64,000 nucleotides of DNA from Candidatus Thiodiazotropha sp. (GCA_037384445.1 JARRNY010000033.1:44-64043), one strand, 5' to 3'. Positions 38,085-48,575 are shown, counted from the stretch's first letter. Notes: generated by a model not told the origin, from the sequence alone. Program-made: numbers and translations.

Positions 38085-38930
38085 TTAAAAATAATCATCC
38101 TGTAGCAGTTTGGCGGCCATTTGCTGAGCCATGACGTTACTCAGGGTCAGGCCATCGGCGACCGGATCGGCCTCCAGCACCTCCTTGAGCAGGCGGTCGT
38201 GCAGCGGCTTATCGAAGACTAGCCGGGCATAGTGACGGGCGTATTCTACTTTCGCCATCAGGTCGCGGCTATGGGAATAGGTAATTGCGTTTTCGAAGTG
38301 TTGCCGTCCCACCTCCGGTCTGCCGCCCAGGGTTGGGGGGACCTGGCTACCGATTACGCCCAGATAGAGTTGGGCGCGGCCGTTGTCATAGGCAGGATCC
38401 TTTGCCGTAACCCACTGCAGCATCGCTTCGGCTTTGGGCAGATCGGCGACTGCGCTCCAGGCCTCCGAGTGAGCCTGGATCCATCCCGCCCAGCTGGTGG
38501 CGTAGAGGTAGATGCCCTCGATCTCCTCCTCGTCGACCTCGGCCAGTGCGAGAGAGAATTTTTCAAAAGGTGCGCCCAGGGCCTGGCAGAGTTCGGGCGT
38601 CTCGGGGCAGAGTCCGCGCCGGGCATAGTCGAGGGCCTTTTCGGTCAGTTTCTGCTGCCGCTGGTTGTCGCTGACCAGGCCGCCGGCATAGGCGCCGTAG
38701 AGGCGGGCGCCTGCGAAGAGAAGTCCCTGATCATCCGGGCTCTGCGCAATCAGTGAGTCGAGCAGCAGCAGATAGGCGGGAGCGCCACTGCGCACGATCT
38801 CGGGATCGGTCTGATTCAGCATCGCCTGAGAGAGGTTGTTGGCCAGCCGGTCGGTGGCCATGGAAACACAACCGCTGAGCCAGACGACCAGCAGCAGGAT
38901 AGAGAGAGAGAGAAGAGGACGATAGGCCAT
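38085..38930 (-). CDS. TatT component of a TPAT (TPR-associated TRAP) system, lipoprotein
   Basis: Lipobox LSGC, DPEIVRSGAPAYLLLLD, GGRPEVGRQHFE, helical; directly upstream of dctP. Confidence 0.85.
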   Translation of the reverse strand: MAYRPLLSLSILLLVVWLSGCVSMATDRLANNLSQAMLNQTDPEIVRSGAPAYLLLLDSLIAQSPDDQGLLFAGARLYGAYAGGLVSDNQRQQKLTEKALDYARRGLCPETPELCQALGAPFEKFSLALAEVDEEEIEGIYLYATSWAGWIQAHSEAWSAVADLPKAEAMLQWVTAKDPAYDNGRAQLYLGVIGSQVPPTLGGRPEVGRQHFENAITYSHSRDLMAKVEYARHYARLVFDKPLHDRLLKEVLEADPVADGLTLSNVMAQQMAAKLLQDDYF

Positions 38931-38964
38931 CGATGGCTACTGTTTGGTGACTGGGTTGTTGATG

Positions 38965-39333
38965 TCAGCGATGTTTACGGCCGACCTGTTCGATATGGTG
39001 TAGCCAGCTGTTGAACATCGAGCCGACCGAACCGCTGCCGGCCCGGCGTCCGCGGAAGGTATGGAAACACCCTTCGTCGGCTTCGCCGTAACGGGCCGAG
39101 CCGATATTCAGGCAGAGAAAGATCAGGAAAACATCGAGCAGCAGTAGGGCGATCACTGCCGGTACGTGGAGAATCGCGTCGGTCTTCATCCAGCTCAGCA
39201 GCGGGCTGTAGTAAATGGCGAGCAGATAGAGGGAGCCGAAGAGCAGCAGGACAGCGATCAGGGAGAAGAAATCCGCCATCCTTTCGTGACTTCGGGCGTA
39301 GCCCTTGAGGTTCTTGCAGACTGACATAGTCAT
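38965..39333 (-). CDS. Hypothetical 2-TM membrane protein
   Basis: 122-aa ORF with two hydrophobic segments, co-directional with and 35 bp from tatT. Confidence 0.7.
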   Translation of the reverse strand: MTMSVCKNLKGYARSHERMADFFSLIAVLLLFGSLYLLAIYYSPLLSWMKTDAILHVPAVIALLLLDVFLIFLCLNIGSARYGEADEGCFHTFRGRRAGSGSVGSMFNSWLHHIEQVGRKHR

Positions 39334-39585
39334 TTCCGTCTTATAGTTGAGCCCGGTGGTCAGAGATTAGCTGGCAAGCCTCACAATCTCAAGCTCATGC
39401 TGGGATAGGGCTGTTTGACGCTCCCGGCTCAAGTGCTCCATTCAAGTTGTCATCACTATACATCATATGGCAGCTGCGTTGACCCCGGGTGGGCTTGGGC
39501 GGCAGGGCGGTTTGTGTGTAAAGTGTCGAGTCATGATCGAGCCGCGCACGGCGCCATTGCCGGGTTAACAGAGGGGGAGTGCAGG

Positions 39586-40938
39586 GTGGAATTGATAACC
39601 AAACTGGTCGAAGACCTGAACAGCATTGTCTGGGGCCCTGTGATGCTGGCGCTGATTCTGGGTACCGGCCTGGTTTTGATGTTGGGCCTGAGACTGATGC
39701 CGCTGGTGCGTTTGGGGTACGGCTTCCGCATGCTCTGGCGTGGACGTGAGGGGCTGGGTGAGGGCGAGATCAGCCCCTTTAACGCCCTGATGACCTCCCT
39801 CTCAGCGACCATCGGCACCGGCAATATTGCCGGGGTGGCCACTGCCATCGCGCTCGGCGGACCCGGCGCTCTGTTCTGGATGTGGTGTACCGCACTGGTC
39901 GGTATGGCGACCAAATATGCCGAAGCAGTGCTGGCGGTCCGCTTCCGCGAGGTGGATGAAAAGGGCAATCATGTGGGTGGCCCCATGTACTACATCAAGA
40001 ACGGCCTTGGCGAACGCTGGGCCTGGCTTGGCGTCCTTTTTGCCATCTTTGGCGCCCTTGCCGGTTTCGGCATCGGCAATACGGTACAGGCCAATTCTGT
40101 GGCGCACGCCCTGTCGGAGAACAGTGGCCTGCAGATCGCACCCTGGGTGACGGGGCTGGTGATGGCGGTGCTGGCGGCCCTGGTGCTGATCGGCGGTATC
40201 CGCCGCATCGCCGAAGTGGCGGGCAAGCTGGTGCCGGTGATGGCGATCGCCTATGTGCTGTCGGGACTGGTGGTGCTGATTCTCAATGCCGGAGCCATTC
40301 CCGGCGCGGTGGTGGATATCGTCCAGCAGGCCTTCACGCCGACTGCAGCGACCGGCGGCTTTGCCGGGGCGGCGGTTTGGGCGGCTATCCACTTTGGTGT
40401 GGCCCGGGGCATCTTCTCAAACGAGGCGGGCCTCGGCAGTGCCCCCATCGCCCACGCTTCGGCGGCTACTGACAACCCGGTGCGTCAGGGTACGGTGGCC
40501 ATGCTCGGAACTTTCATCGATACCCTGGTGGTCTGCTCCATCACGGGTCTGGCGATTGTCGTTACCGGTGCCTGGACCAGTGGCGAGACCGGTGCAGCGC
40601 TCTCCTCCCTGGCTTTCGAAAGTGCGCTGCCTGGTGTCGGCAGCTATGTGGTCTCGCTGGGGCTGGCGGTCTTTGCCTTCACCACCATTCTGGGTTGGAG
40701 TGTCTATGGCGAACGCTGTGTGGAGTTTCTGTTCGGGGTAAGTTCCATTATTCCCTTCCGCATTGTCTGGGTGGTGATGATTCCGGTCGGCGCCATGGCC
40801 CAGGATCAGCTCAAATTCGTCTGGCTGGTCTCCGACACCTTGAACGCATTGATGGCGATCCCCAATCTGCTTGCTCTGTTGCTGTTGAGTCCGGTGGTGT
40901 TTGCGCTGACGAAGGAGTATTTCAGCCAGCGGGATTGA
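39586..40938 (+). CDS. Alanine/glycine:cation symporter (AGCS family)
   Basis: ATIGTGNIAGVA, GGPGALFWMW, GGPMYYI, RGIFSNEAGLGSAP; GTG start after GGGGGAG. Confidence 0.95.
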   Translation: MELITKLVEDLNSIVWGPVMLALILGTGLVLMLGLRLMPLVRLGYGFRMLWRGREGLGEGEISPFNALMTSLSATIGTGNIAGVATAIALGGPGALFWMWCTALVGMATKYAEAVLAVRFREVDEKGNHVGGPMYYIKNGLGERWAWLGVLFAIFGALAGFGIGNTVQANSVAHALSENSGLQIAPWVTGLVMAVLAALVLIGGIRRIAEVAGKLVPVMAIAYVLSGLVVLILNAGAIPGAVVDIVQQAFTPTAATGGFAGAAVWAAIHFGVARGIFSNEAGLGSAPIAHASAATDNPVRQGTVAMLGTFIDTLVVCSITGLAIVVTGAWTSGETGAALSSLAFESALPGVGSYVVSLGLAVFAFTTILGWSVYGERCVEFLFGVSSIIPFRIVWVVMIPVGAMAQDQLKFVWLVSDTLNALMAIPNLLALLLLSPVVFALTKEYFSQRD

Positions 40939-41024
40939 GCCGGCCGCTATCGAAATGGGGGGCGAATAGGCCGCAGGTTGGGCCGGATCAGTGGTTCCCT
41001 GTGAGGTCTCTCTCTGCGGCGAGC

Positions 41025-41354
41025 TCAGCGCTCGAAACGTACCCTAAGGTAGCTGATGATATCTTCCGATTCGTAGAGCCATTCAGTGTAGTCAGGATGA
41101 CGGATCTGCAGGCAGGGGAGTTGCATCTTGCCGCCAGCCTGGCGCAGCTCTTGCGCCCAGCGGGGCTGCTTAGCCACATTACGCAGTTCGATATGTAGAT
41201 TCAGACGCCAGATTGCCCGTCGTACCCGCAAGCAGTAGCCGCATAAAGGCAGATGATAGAGGGCCATGTGGTGGGTCTCCACATCGATCTGATATTGCCG
41301 CGTGGGCGAGCGCTGAAGCGGGCGGAGAAAGGCCGGCAACCAAGTGAAGTTCAC
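41025..41354 (-). CDS. Glutaredoxin-like protein
   Basis: CGYCLRV, GGKMQLPCLQI, WLYESEDII. Confidence 0.85.
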   Translation of the reverse strand: MNFTWLPAFLRPLQRSPTRQYQIDVETHHMALYHLPLCGYCLRVRRAIWRLNLHIELRNVAKQPRWAQELRQAGGKMQLPCLQIRHPDYTEWLYESEDIISYLRVRFER

Positions 41355-41358
41355 ACTT

Positions 41359-41649
41359 TCAGCTCTGTTTTGAGCCCCCCAGGCAGGCTGGCGAATCGGC
41401 TACCGTGCCCCCTTTGTTAAACCAGTCGTCCGGGGTCATGGTATGTAGCGCCAGGGCATGTATGCCGCCGGCCAGCTCCTCGCTCAGCACCTGATTGACT
41501 TGGCGATGCCGGGCGATCAGCTTTTCGCCATCGAAGGCATCGCTCACCACGACCACTTTGAAGTGGGATTCGCTGCCCTCAGGCACACTGTGCATATGGC
41601 TCTCGTTGATCACTTCGAGGTGGATCGGGGAGAAAGCCTGCTGCAGTTT
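41359..41649 (-). pseudogene. bolA: BolA family gene with damaged or missing 5' end
   Basis: BolA-like frame KLQQAFSPIHLEVINESHMH..SESHFKV..RH..HAL extends upstream of GTG 41613 with no in-frame ATG; the nearest ATG is out of frame. Confidence 0.6.
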
Positions 41650-41689
41650 CCAGTGCCATAAAAAAATGATTTGGCCCGATTATAGACCG

Positions 41690-42370
41690 TTAGATGTTCA
41701 GGATTTCACGTACAAAAGGTATGGTCAGGCGTCGCTGAGCGGCGAGCGAGGCGGCATCGAGACGGTCCATCAACAGGGTCAGAAAATGGATGTCCCGAGG
41801 GGTGCGTTGGAGCAGGAAGCTGGCGGTCTCCACACTCATGCTCATGCCGCGTCGTTCAGCACTGGCCAGTAGCAGTTCCAGGCGTTCGTCGTCGTCGAGC
41901 GGGATCAGATGGTAGCAGGGGCCCCAGGTCAGTCGCGAGGCCAGGTCGGGTAGCTGGAGTTCCAGGCTGGCGGGCGGACGGTCGGCAGCAACGATCAGTT
42001 GCCCGCCTCTCTCGCGCAACAGATTGAACAGATTGAAGATGGCCCGCTCCCATTCAGCCCGGCCAGAGATCTGCTCCAGGTCGTCTAGACAGACCAGGGC
42101 GTAGCCCTCCAGCCCCTCCAGCATTCCCGGGTCGATCTCCTGCTTCGATTTCAGCGGCAGATAGGCCGGTAGCCGCTCTTCACGATGGGCCTGCAGGCAG
42201 GCCGCTTGCAACAGGTGGCTCTTACCGCTCCCTGACTCGCCCCAGAGATAGACGAAGGGGTCCTGTGGGGTGCGCAGGCGCGAAACCGCCTCGCCGTTGC
42301 GGCCGATGATGAAACTGGCAAAGTCGATGCGGGTTCGCAGAGAGAGACCGAGTGGCAGTTGCTGTGGCAT
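41690..42370 (-). CDS. hda: DnaA regulatory inactivator Hda
   Basis: N-terminal clamp-binding motif QLPL, GSGKSHLL, LPDLASRL, RLTIPFV. Confidence 0.95.
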   Translation of the reverse strand: MPQQLPLGLSLRTRIDFASFIIGRNGEAVSRLRTPQDPFVYLWGESGSGKSHLLQAACLQAHREERLPAYLPLKSKQEIDPGMLEGLEGYALVCLDDLEQISGRAEWERAIFNLFNLLRERGGQLIVAADRPPASLELQLPDLASRLTWGPCYHLIPLDDDERLELLLASAERRGMSMSVETASFLLQRTPRDIHFLTLLMDRLDAASLAAQRRLTIPFVREILNI

Positions 42371-42383
42371 GAGCCGAATCCGG

Positions 42384-43329
<946 letters not shown>

Positions 43330-43462
43330 CGGTTGCCTCCTATGACTCTGGCGCCATTGTAACCATCCCCTCTGCTTTGCTCCAGAATGCCGACTGATGG
43401 GCGGTTTTGGCCGGTCGACAGATTCATGGGAGGTGTTGCAGACACCGCTCGCGTCTTCTGAG

Positions 43463-44080
43463 TTATCGCGGGTGTGAAGGGTGTTTGAATCGCTTTCTCG
43501 CCTTTTGAGCTTGTTGCCTGATAATGCAGCTTTCGAGATGATCGTTGATAAGTCCCATGGCCTGCAGAAAGGCGTAGACGGTGGTTGGGCCGACAAATTT
43601 CCAGCCCATTTTTTTCAGGGCTTTCGACAAGGCGATTGACTCTTGCGACTTGGCTGCGGTTTGAGGTTCAGCCAGCCTGTTTGCAGCTGGTTCGTAGCGC
43701 CAGAAAAAATCCGCCAGCGAGCCTTCCCGTTGGATGAGTTCCTGCGCCCGTCGCGCATTGTTGATGACCGCCTCGATTTTTCCCCGGTGGCGAACTATTC
43801 CTTCATCCTTAAGCAAACGCTCGACGTCATTCTCATTAAAGCGTGCAATTTTGTTGAAGTCGAAATCGTGAAAAGCCCTGCGAAAATTGTCACGTTTGGC
43901 CAGGATGGTGCGCCAGCTCAATCCAGACTGAAAACCCTCAAGACAGAGTTTTTCAAACAGTTTTTGGTCGTCATCTACCGGGAATCCCCATTCAGTGTCG
44001 TGATAGTGAAGAAACTCGGGTGCGGCGCCGCACCAGCCGCAGCGTGGTTCACCATCGGGACCGATAAAAAAGCGACTCAT
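43463..44080 (-). CDS. tag: DNA-3-methyladenine glycosylase I
   Basis: RCGW, YHDTEWG, LEGFQSGLSW, IVRHRGKI, FVGPTTVYAF, NDH..C. Confidence 0.95.
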   Translation of the reverse strand: MSRFFIGPDGEPRCGWCGAAPEFLHYHDTEWGFPVDDDQKLFEKLCLEGFQSGLSWRTILAKRDNFRRAFHDFDFNKIARFNENDVERLLKDEGIVRHRGKIEAVINNARRAQELIQREGSLADFFWRYEPAANRLAEPQTAAKSQESIALSKALKKMGWKFVGPTTVYAFLQAMGLINDHLESCIIRQQAQKARKRFKHPSHPR

Positions 44081-44103
44081 CCTCTGCTCCTGTTTTCACC
44101 TTG

Positions 44104-44391
44104 CTAGTCGAAAAGAAAATCCAGCCGCGCGTCGGTTTTGTGGGGGGTCAGTTCCAGGATGTCTGCGGCGACCACATTTTCAGTGACGAAGGGGTCGGCG
44201 GCTATACGCTCCTGCAATGCTTCCCGAGTCGTATTGCTAGCCAGGATACCGCCTCCCAATCCCTGCTGAAGTCCGCCTGTCAATAAAAATACTCCCTCAT
44301 CAAAGCCGCGCTGAATCCATACGTTATGTGCCCCCATATGTTGACTTGCCAGATGCTTGTTTTTGGAAAACTTCAGTAGTACGACATACAT
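44104..44391 (-). CDS. YciI family protein
   Basis: AHNVWI, GG.IL and ADPFV motifs; 95 aa. Confidence 0.8.
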   Translation of the reverse strand: MYVVLLKFSKNKHLASQHMGAHNVWIQRGFDEGVFLLTGGLQQGLGGGILASNTTREALQERIAADPFVTENVVAADILELTPHKTDARLDFLFD

Positions 44392-44474
44392 GGTTCGATT
44401 CCTTCAGTGAGATTTCGCGCTTCTGTCCGGTAAATAACGGTGCAGGTTAAAAGAGGTCTTACGCCGGTTGTCTC

Positions 44475-45044
44475 TTACCTCAAGGTGTACGGAGTGAGCC
44501 AATCGAACAGTCGGTTGACCTCCAACTTGATGAATTTTTCATCGTTGAAAGCGTTTGCCAGGGTGGCGATGCCTTGGCTAAGCGCCAGCAGATGCATTGC
44601 AAGCTCATCGGCCTCATCGCTTCTGCCCATTTGTTCGAACTGCCGCCGTAGCCAGATGCGAAAGAGTGTGAACAGCTTGTTTGCCTCACCTTGCGAGGGG
44701 TGATCAAGCTTGGCCAGCTCGGTGCACAATGTGCCTACCGGACAGCCGTAGCGAATTATCTTCGATCTGTTCATGATCAGAATGCTGATAAAACTGTGGA
44801 TGCGCTCAGCCGGCGTTGTGCCTTCGACTTGCCATTTCTCCAACATCGCCTGAGTCTTGCTTAGTCGATGGTTGATGACGGCATCGAGTATTTCGTCTTT
44901 GGTTTTGAAGTGGTAGTAAAAATTGCCGCGGGAAATATTCACCGCCTCTGCGATATGAGCAAACGAGGTATGTTCGAAGCCCCGCTGATAAAACAGCTGA
45001 TCGGCCGCTTCGATGATGTGATCGCGTGTCGATTTACCTGGCAT
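44475..45044 (-). CDS. TetR/AcrR family regulator (NemR/LmrA-like)
   Basis: HTH with GNFYYHFKTKDEI; GCPVGTL in the C-domain. Confidence 0.93.
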   Translation of the reverse strand: MPGKSTRDHIIEAADQLFYQRGFEHTSFAHIAEAVNISRGNFYYHFKTKDEILDAVINHRLSKTQAMLEKWQVEGTTPAERIHSFISILIMNRSKIIRYGCPVGTLCTELAKLDHPSQGEANKLFTLFRIWLRRQFEQMGRSDEADELAMHLLALSQGIATLANAFNDEKFIKLEVNRLFDWLTPYTLR

Positions 45045-45110
45045 AGCTATTGATGCGAGATCTTTCTTTGTGTCGTGTACCTTACTGAGAAGGGCGAGTG
45101 AGACGATTGA

Positions 45111-45162
45111 TTAGGTCAACTGTCCTAACGCCAAGCCTAGGACAATTGACCTAATGGGTCAA
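45111..45162 (-). promoter_or_regulatory. tetR promoter with two palindromic operators
   Basis: TTAGGTCAACTGTCCTAA (45111-45128) and CTAGGACAATTGACCTAA (45137-45154), 16/18 identical as inverted copies; minus strand TTGACC-N17-TAGGCT spans the second. Confidence 0.75.
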
Positions 45163-45204
45163 GCTGGATTTACGCTCGATCATGATTGATGACGAGGTAC
45201 ACTA

Positions 45205-45405
45205 GTGTGGTGTCTCATATTGTTTGACGATGATAGAAGCCCGCTCAGGCCAGGAGTCAAGGCGCAATGCGCAGGCAATGGCAGGCCCTTGTCAAGCATG
45301 GCAACGCAGGATCCTGGCCTGAGCGGGCTTCCCTTCGGGCGAGACGCTAAGCGGCTAGCCGCTTAGCGCCTCGCTATCATCGTCAAACAATATGAGACAC
45401 CACAC
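45205..45405. mobile_element. ~200-bp MITE with perfect 32-bp terminal inverted repeats
   Basis: GTGTGGTGTCTCATATTGTTTGACGATGATAG (45205-45236) and its exact reverse complement (45374-45405); nested internal hairpins; no ORF. Confidence 0.85.
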
Positions 45406-45465
45406 GAGGTGCTTTGGGTTATATTCCCATCAATCGGATTCAGTGCATGGGAGGGAGATCAGAGC

Positions 45466-46707
45466 ATGAATGACGCATCAGACTATTCGGTGGGCCGGTC
45501 TCCGCTGCGTCACCTGAGCCCCTTTAGCCGTTTGTTGCTGCACCATTTCAAGCAGGATGCGGGTATTCAACATGTGGCTGCGCTCACCTATACCACGCTG
45601 CTCTCGCTGGTGCCCCTGATGACGGTGACACTGGCGCTGTTTTCCGTATTCCCCGCTTCGGAGCGCATGACCCAGCAGGTTGAGGATTTTCTGTTTCAGA
45701 ATTTTGTCCCGGCGGCAGGGGAGGCGGTGCAGCAGTACTTGAGAAATTTCAGCCAGAAGGCGGGCAAGCTGACCGGGGTCGGTTTTGTCATTCTGATCGT
45801 TGTTGCACTGATGCTGATGAGCAATATCGACAAGGCCTTCAACACCATCTGGCATGTGCGCCGCAAACGCTCGCCGGTGGCCAAGTTCACCGTCTACTGG
45901 GCGATCCTCTCCCTGGGCCCGATCCTGATCGCCTTCAGTGTCGGTGTCACCTCCTATCTGGTCTCCATTCCCCTGTTCAGTGATGGAGAGACAGTGATGC
46001 TGGTGCGCACCCGTCTGCTCAGCCTGATGCCGGTGGTGATCTCGGCCCTGGCCTTTACACTGCTCTATGCGCTGGTCCCAAACCGCGCTGTACCGCTGCG
46101 CCATGCTCTGGCCGGTGGGGTAGTGGCAGCGTTGCTCTTCGAACTGGCCAAGCGCGGCTTTGCACTCTATGTCACTACTTTTCCAACCTATGAAACCATC
46201 TATGGCGCCCTGGCGGCGGTACCGATCTTCCTGATCTGGATCTATCTCTCCTGGCTGGTGACTCTGCTGGGCGCGGAGTTCACCTACTGCCTGGGGATCT
46301 ACCGTGAGGATTGGCATCAGGCAAAAGATGAAAGGGGAGAGCCGTTTCTCCTGGTGTTGCGCCTGTTACGCTTACTGCGCCGGGTGCAGCATGCCGGGGG
46401 TTCGATGAGTATCAGGGAGTTGAGCCGAGAGCTACCGTCGTCAAACGATGAAGAGATCGAATTGGCGCTGCTCAGTCTGCAGGAGGCGCGGCTGGTGAGG
46501 CGGGCCGACGACAAGGGCTGGCTGTTGGCACGGGATCTGGGGGAGGTGACTCTGCAAGAGGTCTATCGATCGGCCCCCTATGTGTTGCCGCCTGCAGTTG
46601 CGGTGAGTGAAGAACCGGCTGCCCTGCGCCTGCTCATGGCTCAGTTGGAACAGGATCTTGATACCCACATGGATCAGCCTCTGGCCTCGCTACTGGGCGA
46701 GCCGTGA
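45466..46707 (+). CDS. YihY/BrkB inner-membrane protein with C-terminal wHTH-like extension
   Basis: AALTYTTLLSLVP, IDKAFNTIW, YETIYGALAAVPIFLIWIY. Confidence 0.93.
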   Translation: MNDASDYSVGRSPLRHLSPFSRLLLHHFKQDAGIQHVAALTYTTLLSLVPLMTVTLALFSVFPASERMTQQVEDFLFQNFVPAAGEAVQQYLRNFSQKAGKLTGVGFVILIVVALMLMSNIDKAFNTIWHVRRKRSPVAKFTVYWAILSLGPILIAFSVGVTSYLVSIPLFSDGETVMLVRTRLLSLMPVVISALAFTLLYALVPNRAVPLRHALAGGVVAALLFELAKRGFALYVTTFPTYETIYGALAAVPIFLIWIYLSWLVTLLGAEFTYCLGIYREDWHQAKDERGEPFLLVLRLLRLLRRVQHAGGSMSIRELSRELPSSNDEEIELALLSLQEARLVRRADDKGWLLARDLGEVTLQEVYRSAPYVLPPAVAVSEEPAALRLLMAQLEQDLDTHMDQPLASLLGEP

Positions 46708-46723
46708 GCTGGCTGTTGCCGAT

Positions 46724-48364
46724 TCAGATTGGCTTGACCCGATAGCGCTCGAAGTGGGCGGTATTCTCGAGCAGCTGCAAGGGGGTGACGGCAGGCGCTG
46801 GGATCATCTCCTCCACCCGGTACTCCTGCCCCAAAGCGAAGAATTGTTTGGGCACGATAAGGGAGCTGCGATGGGTGTGTCCCTGGTCGATGTAGAGGCC
46901 GGGATAGGTCGGGTGCTCCTCTACTTCATCGCTATCGCTTGTTGTCGTTCTGAAGGCGGATTGCAGGCTCACGGGGACAATTCGTCCCTGCACAAATTGC
47001 ACGCCTATCTCCAGAATGTTTCCCTGTTGGTTGAGCGCGCGCTTTACGATACCGATCTTCCAATCGTTGCTGTCCACCTCTGCCTGCAGTCTGATCAACA
47101 CGACTTCGCCAATCAGTGAAGGCGCTGCCGGGTTCATGTTGAGGTGGAGCGCCACCCCGGAGCGGCTCTGGTTCGATCGTCTGGCCGTGAGTTGGGGCTT
47201 GCGTGGGTCTTGTGCCTGGTGTTGCACTGACGATTGGACCTGGGTCAGGGTGATCTCGTCATCCGGCGTATCCGTTTGCTCGGTGGTGACTGTCTGATCG
47301 AGGGTCAGGTAGCTGTAGATGTGTTGCAGCCCCGTCCACACGTTGACCTGTCCTGAGGTGGTATGGCGTTCGCTATCCCGTTGCGGACGGATGTGCCAAG
47401 ACTTGAGCATGCGCGCCAACAGGTTGGTGATCTCCCGAGTTGTCAGTTTGCTCAGGGTGGGGGGTTTCTGATCCTCAGAACGCTCCAGGTTACGCAGTTG
47501 TTGATGGATCTGCTGACTGACCGGATTGAGATCGAAAAGGGTGAAGCGGGGTTGCGCCAAGGTGTCCAGACCCTCAGGCTCAAACAGACTGGGCGGTACC
47601 TCACCGAGGCGGTCGACGACATAGTGGCCGGAACGCTCGACCTCTCGGCTTGGTGGCTTGAACCGGGCATGAACGGCCAGTTCGTCAAGGTAGTCGAAAC
47701 AGAGCCGTGGTTCTCCCTCCTGCAAGTGGCAGGGATCGAGCAGACGCAGCAGCAGGAAGCGGTTGTATTGCTGTTCGATGGTACGCTCGAATGGCTTGTT
47801 GTCCCCCTCGTCGACCGGGGAGTGGTTTATCTGCTGCTCCTCGGCATAGGTGCGTAGGCGCGAGATTTCACGATAGGTGTGGATATCCCGACAGTCGAAC
47901 TCTTCGCAGGCGTAGAGATACTCCTGCAGGTAGAACCTGATGGCATGGTAGATAGCAAAGGTGAGCCGCCCCAGGTTCTTTTTATTGGCCTTGTTGCAGA
48001 GGCATTCGTTTGCCATGTGGCTGTAGCCATAGGCCATCTCCAGCATCACCCGGCGCAGGGTTGGGGTCGGCGCAGGTCCCCGGCGACCGCTGCTGCCGTG
48101 CAGCAGTCTGACCACGGGGGTGTGATAGACCTCCATCAGCTCATCCCGCTTGCGTAGCGAGCCGGGATAACGGTTGAGACGGACCAGACTGGTGAGGACC
48201 GCTTCAGAGAGTTGCTCAGGGTTGGCAAAGGGCAGGGCAGTGGCCCACTGTCGCAGGGGAGCTGGATTTGTCTCCACCAATGGATTCTCAAACGGATCCG
48301 GCGTCGGTACGTAGAAGAGGGTTGGAGCGCTGGAGCCTTGGCGGTGGGTGAAAAAATCGAACAT
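46724..48364 (-). CDS. Hypothetical protein with C-terminal PilZ-like domain
   Basis: WATALPFAN N-terminus; RPQRDSER (RxxxR) and NQSRSG (D/NxSxxG) motifs followed by beta-rich sequence. Confidence 0.7.
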   Translation of the reverse strand: MFDFFTHRQGSSAPTLFYVPTPDPFENPLVETNPAPLRQWATALPFANPEQLSEAVLTSLVRLNRYPGSLRKRDELMEVYHTPVVRLLHGSSGRRGPAPTPTLRRVMLEMAYGYSHMANECLCNKANKKNLGRLTFAIYHAIRFYLQEYLYACEEFDCRDIHTYREISRLRTYAEEQQINHSPVDEGDNKPFERTIEQQYNRFLLLRLLDPCHLQEGEPRLCFDYLDELAVHARFKPPSREVERSGHYVVDRLGEVPPSLFEPEGLDTLAQPRFTLFDLNPVSQQIHQQLRNLERSEDQKPPTLSKLTTREITNLLARMLKSWHIRPQRDSERHTTSGQVNVWTGLQHIYSYLTLDQTVTTEQTDTPDDEITLTQVQSSVQHQAQDPRKPQLTARRSNQSRSGVALHLNMNPAAPSLIGEVVLIRLQAEVDSNDWKIGIVKRALNQQGNILEIGVQFVQGRIVPVSLQSAFRTTTSDSDEVEEHPTYPGLYIDQGHTHRSSLIVPKQFFALGQEYRVEEMIPAPAVTPLQLLENTAHFERYRVKPI

Positions 48365-48575
48365 TCTGGATGCGGTGGATTTCCTGCCGGTTACCGATCA
48401 ACCAACTATAACATCCAGTTGCCACTGCGCCATCCGGGTTGGCTTGTTTTGTTAAGGTTTTCCGGAATTGCACTGAATGGAATTTAACCTGAGAATGGCG
48501 GTCTGAATCAACATTGAACTGCACCCCTTTTGTTAAGTTAACTTGTTGATAATTAGATTAATTCGGAGATCTTGC

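Noticed and set aside
39340-39585. Glycine riboswitch upstream of the AGCS symporter
   Set aside because: The expected GGAGA…CCGAAG…CTCTCAGG core is not present.
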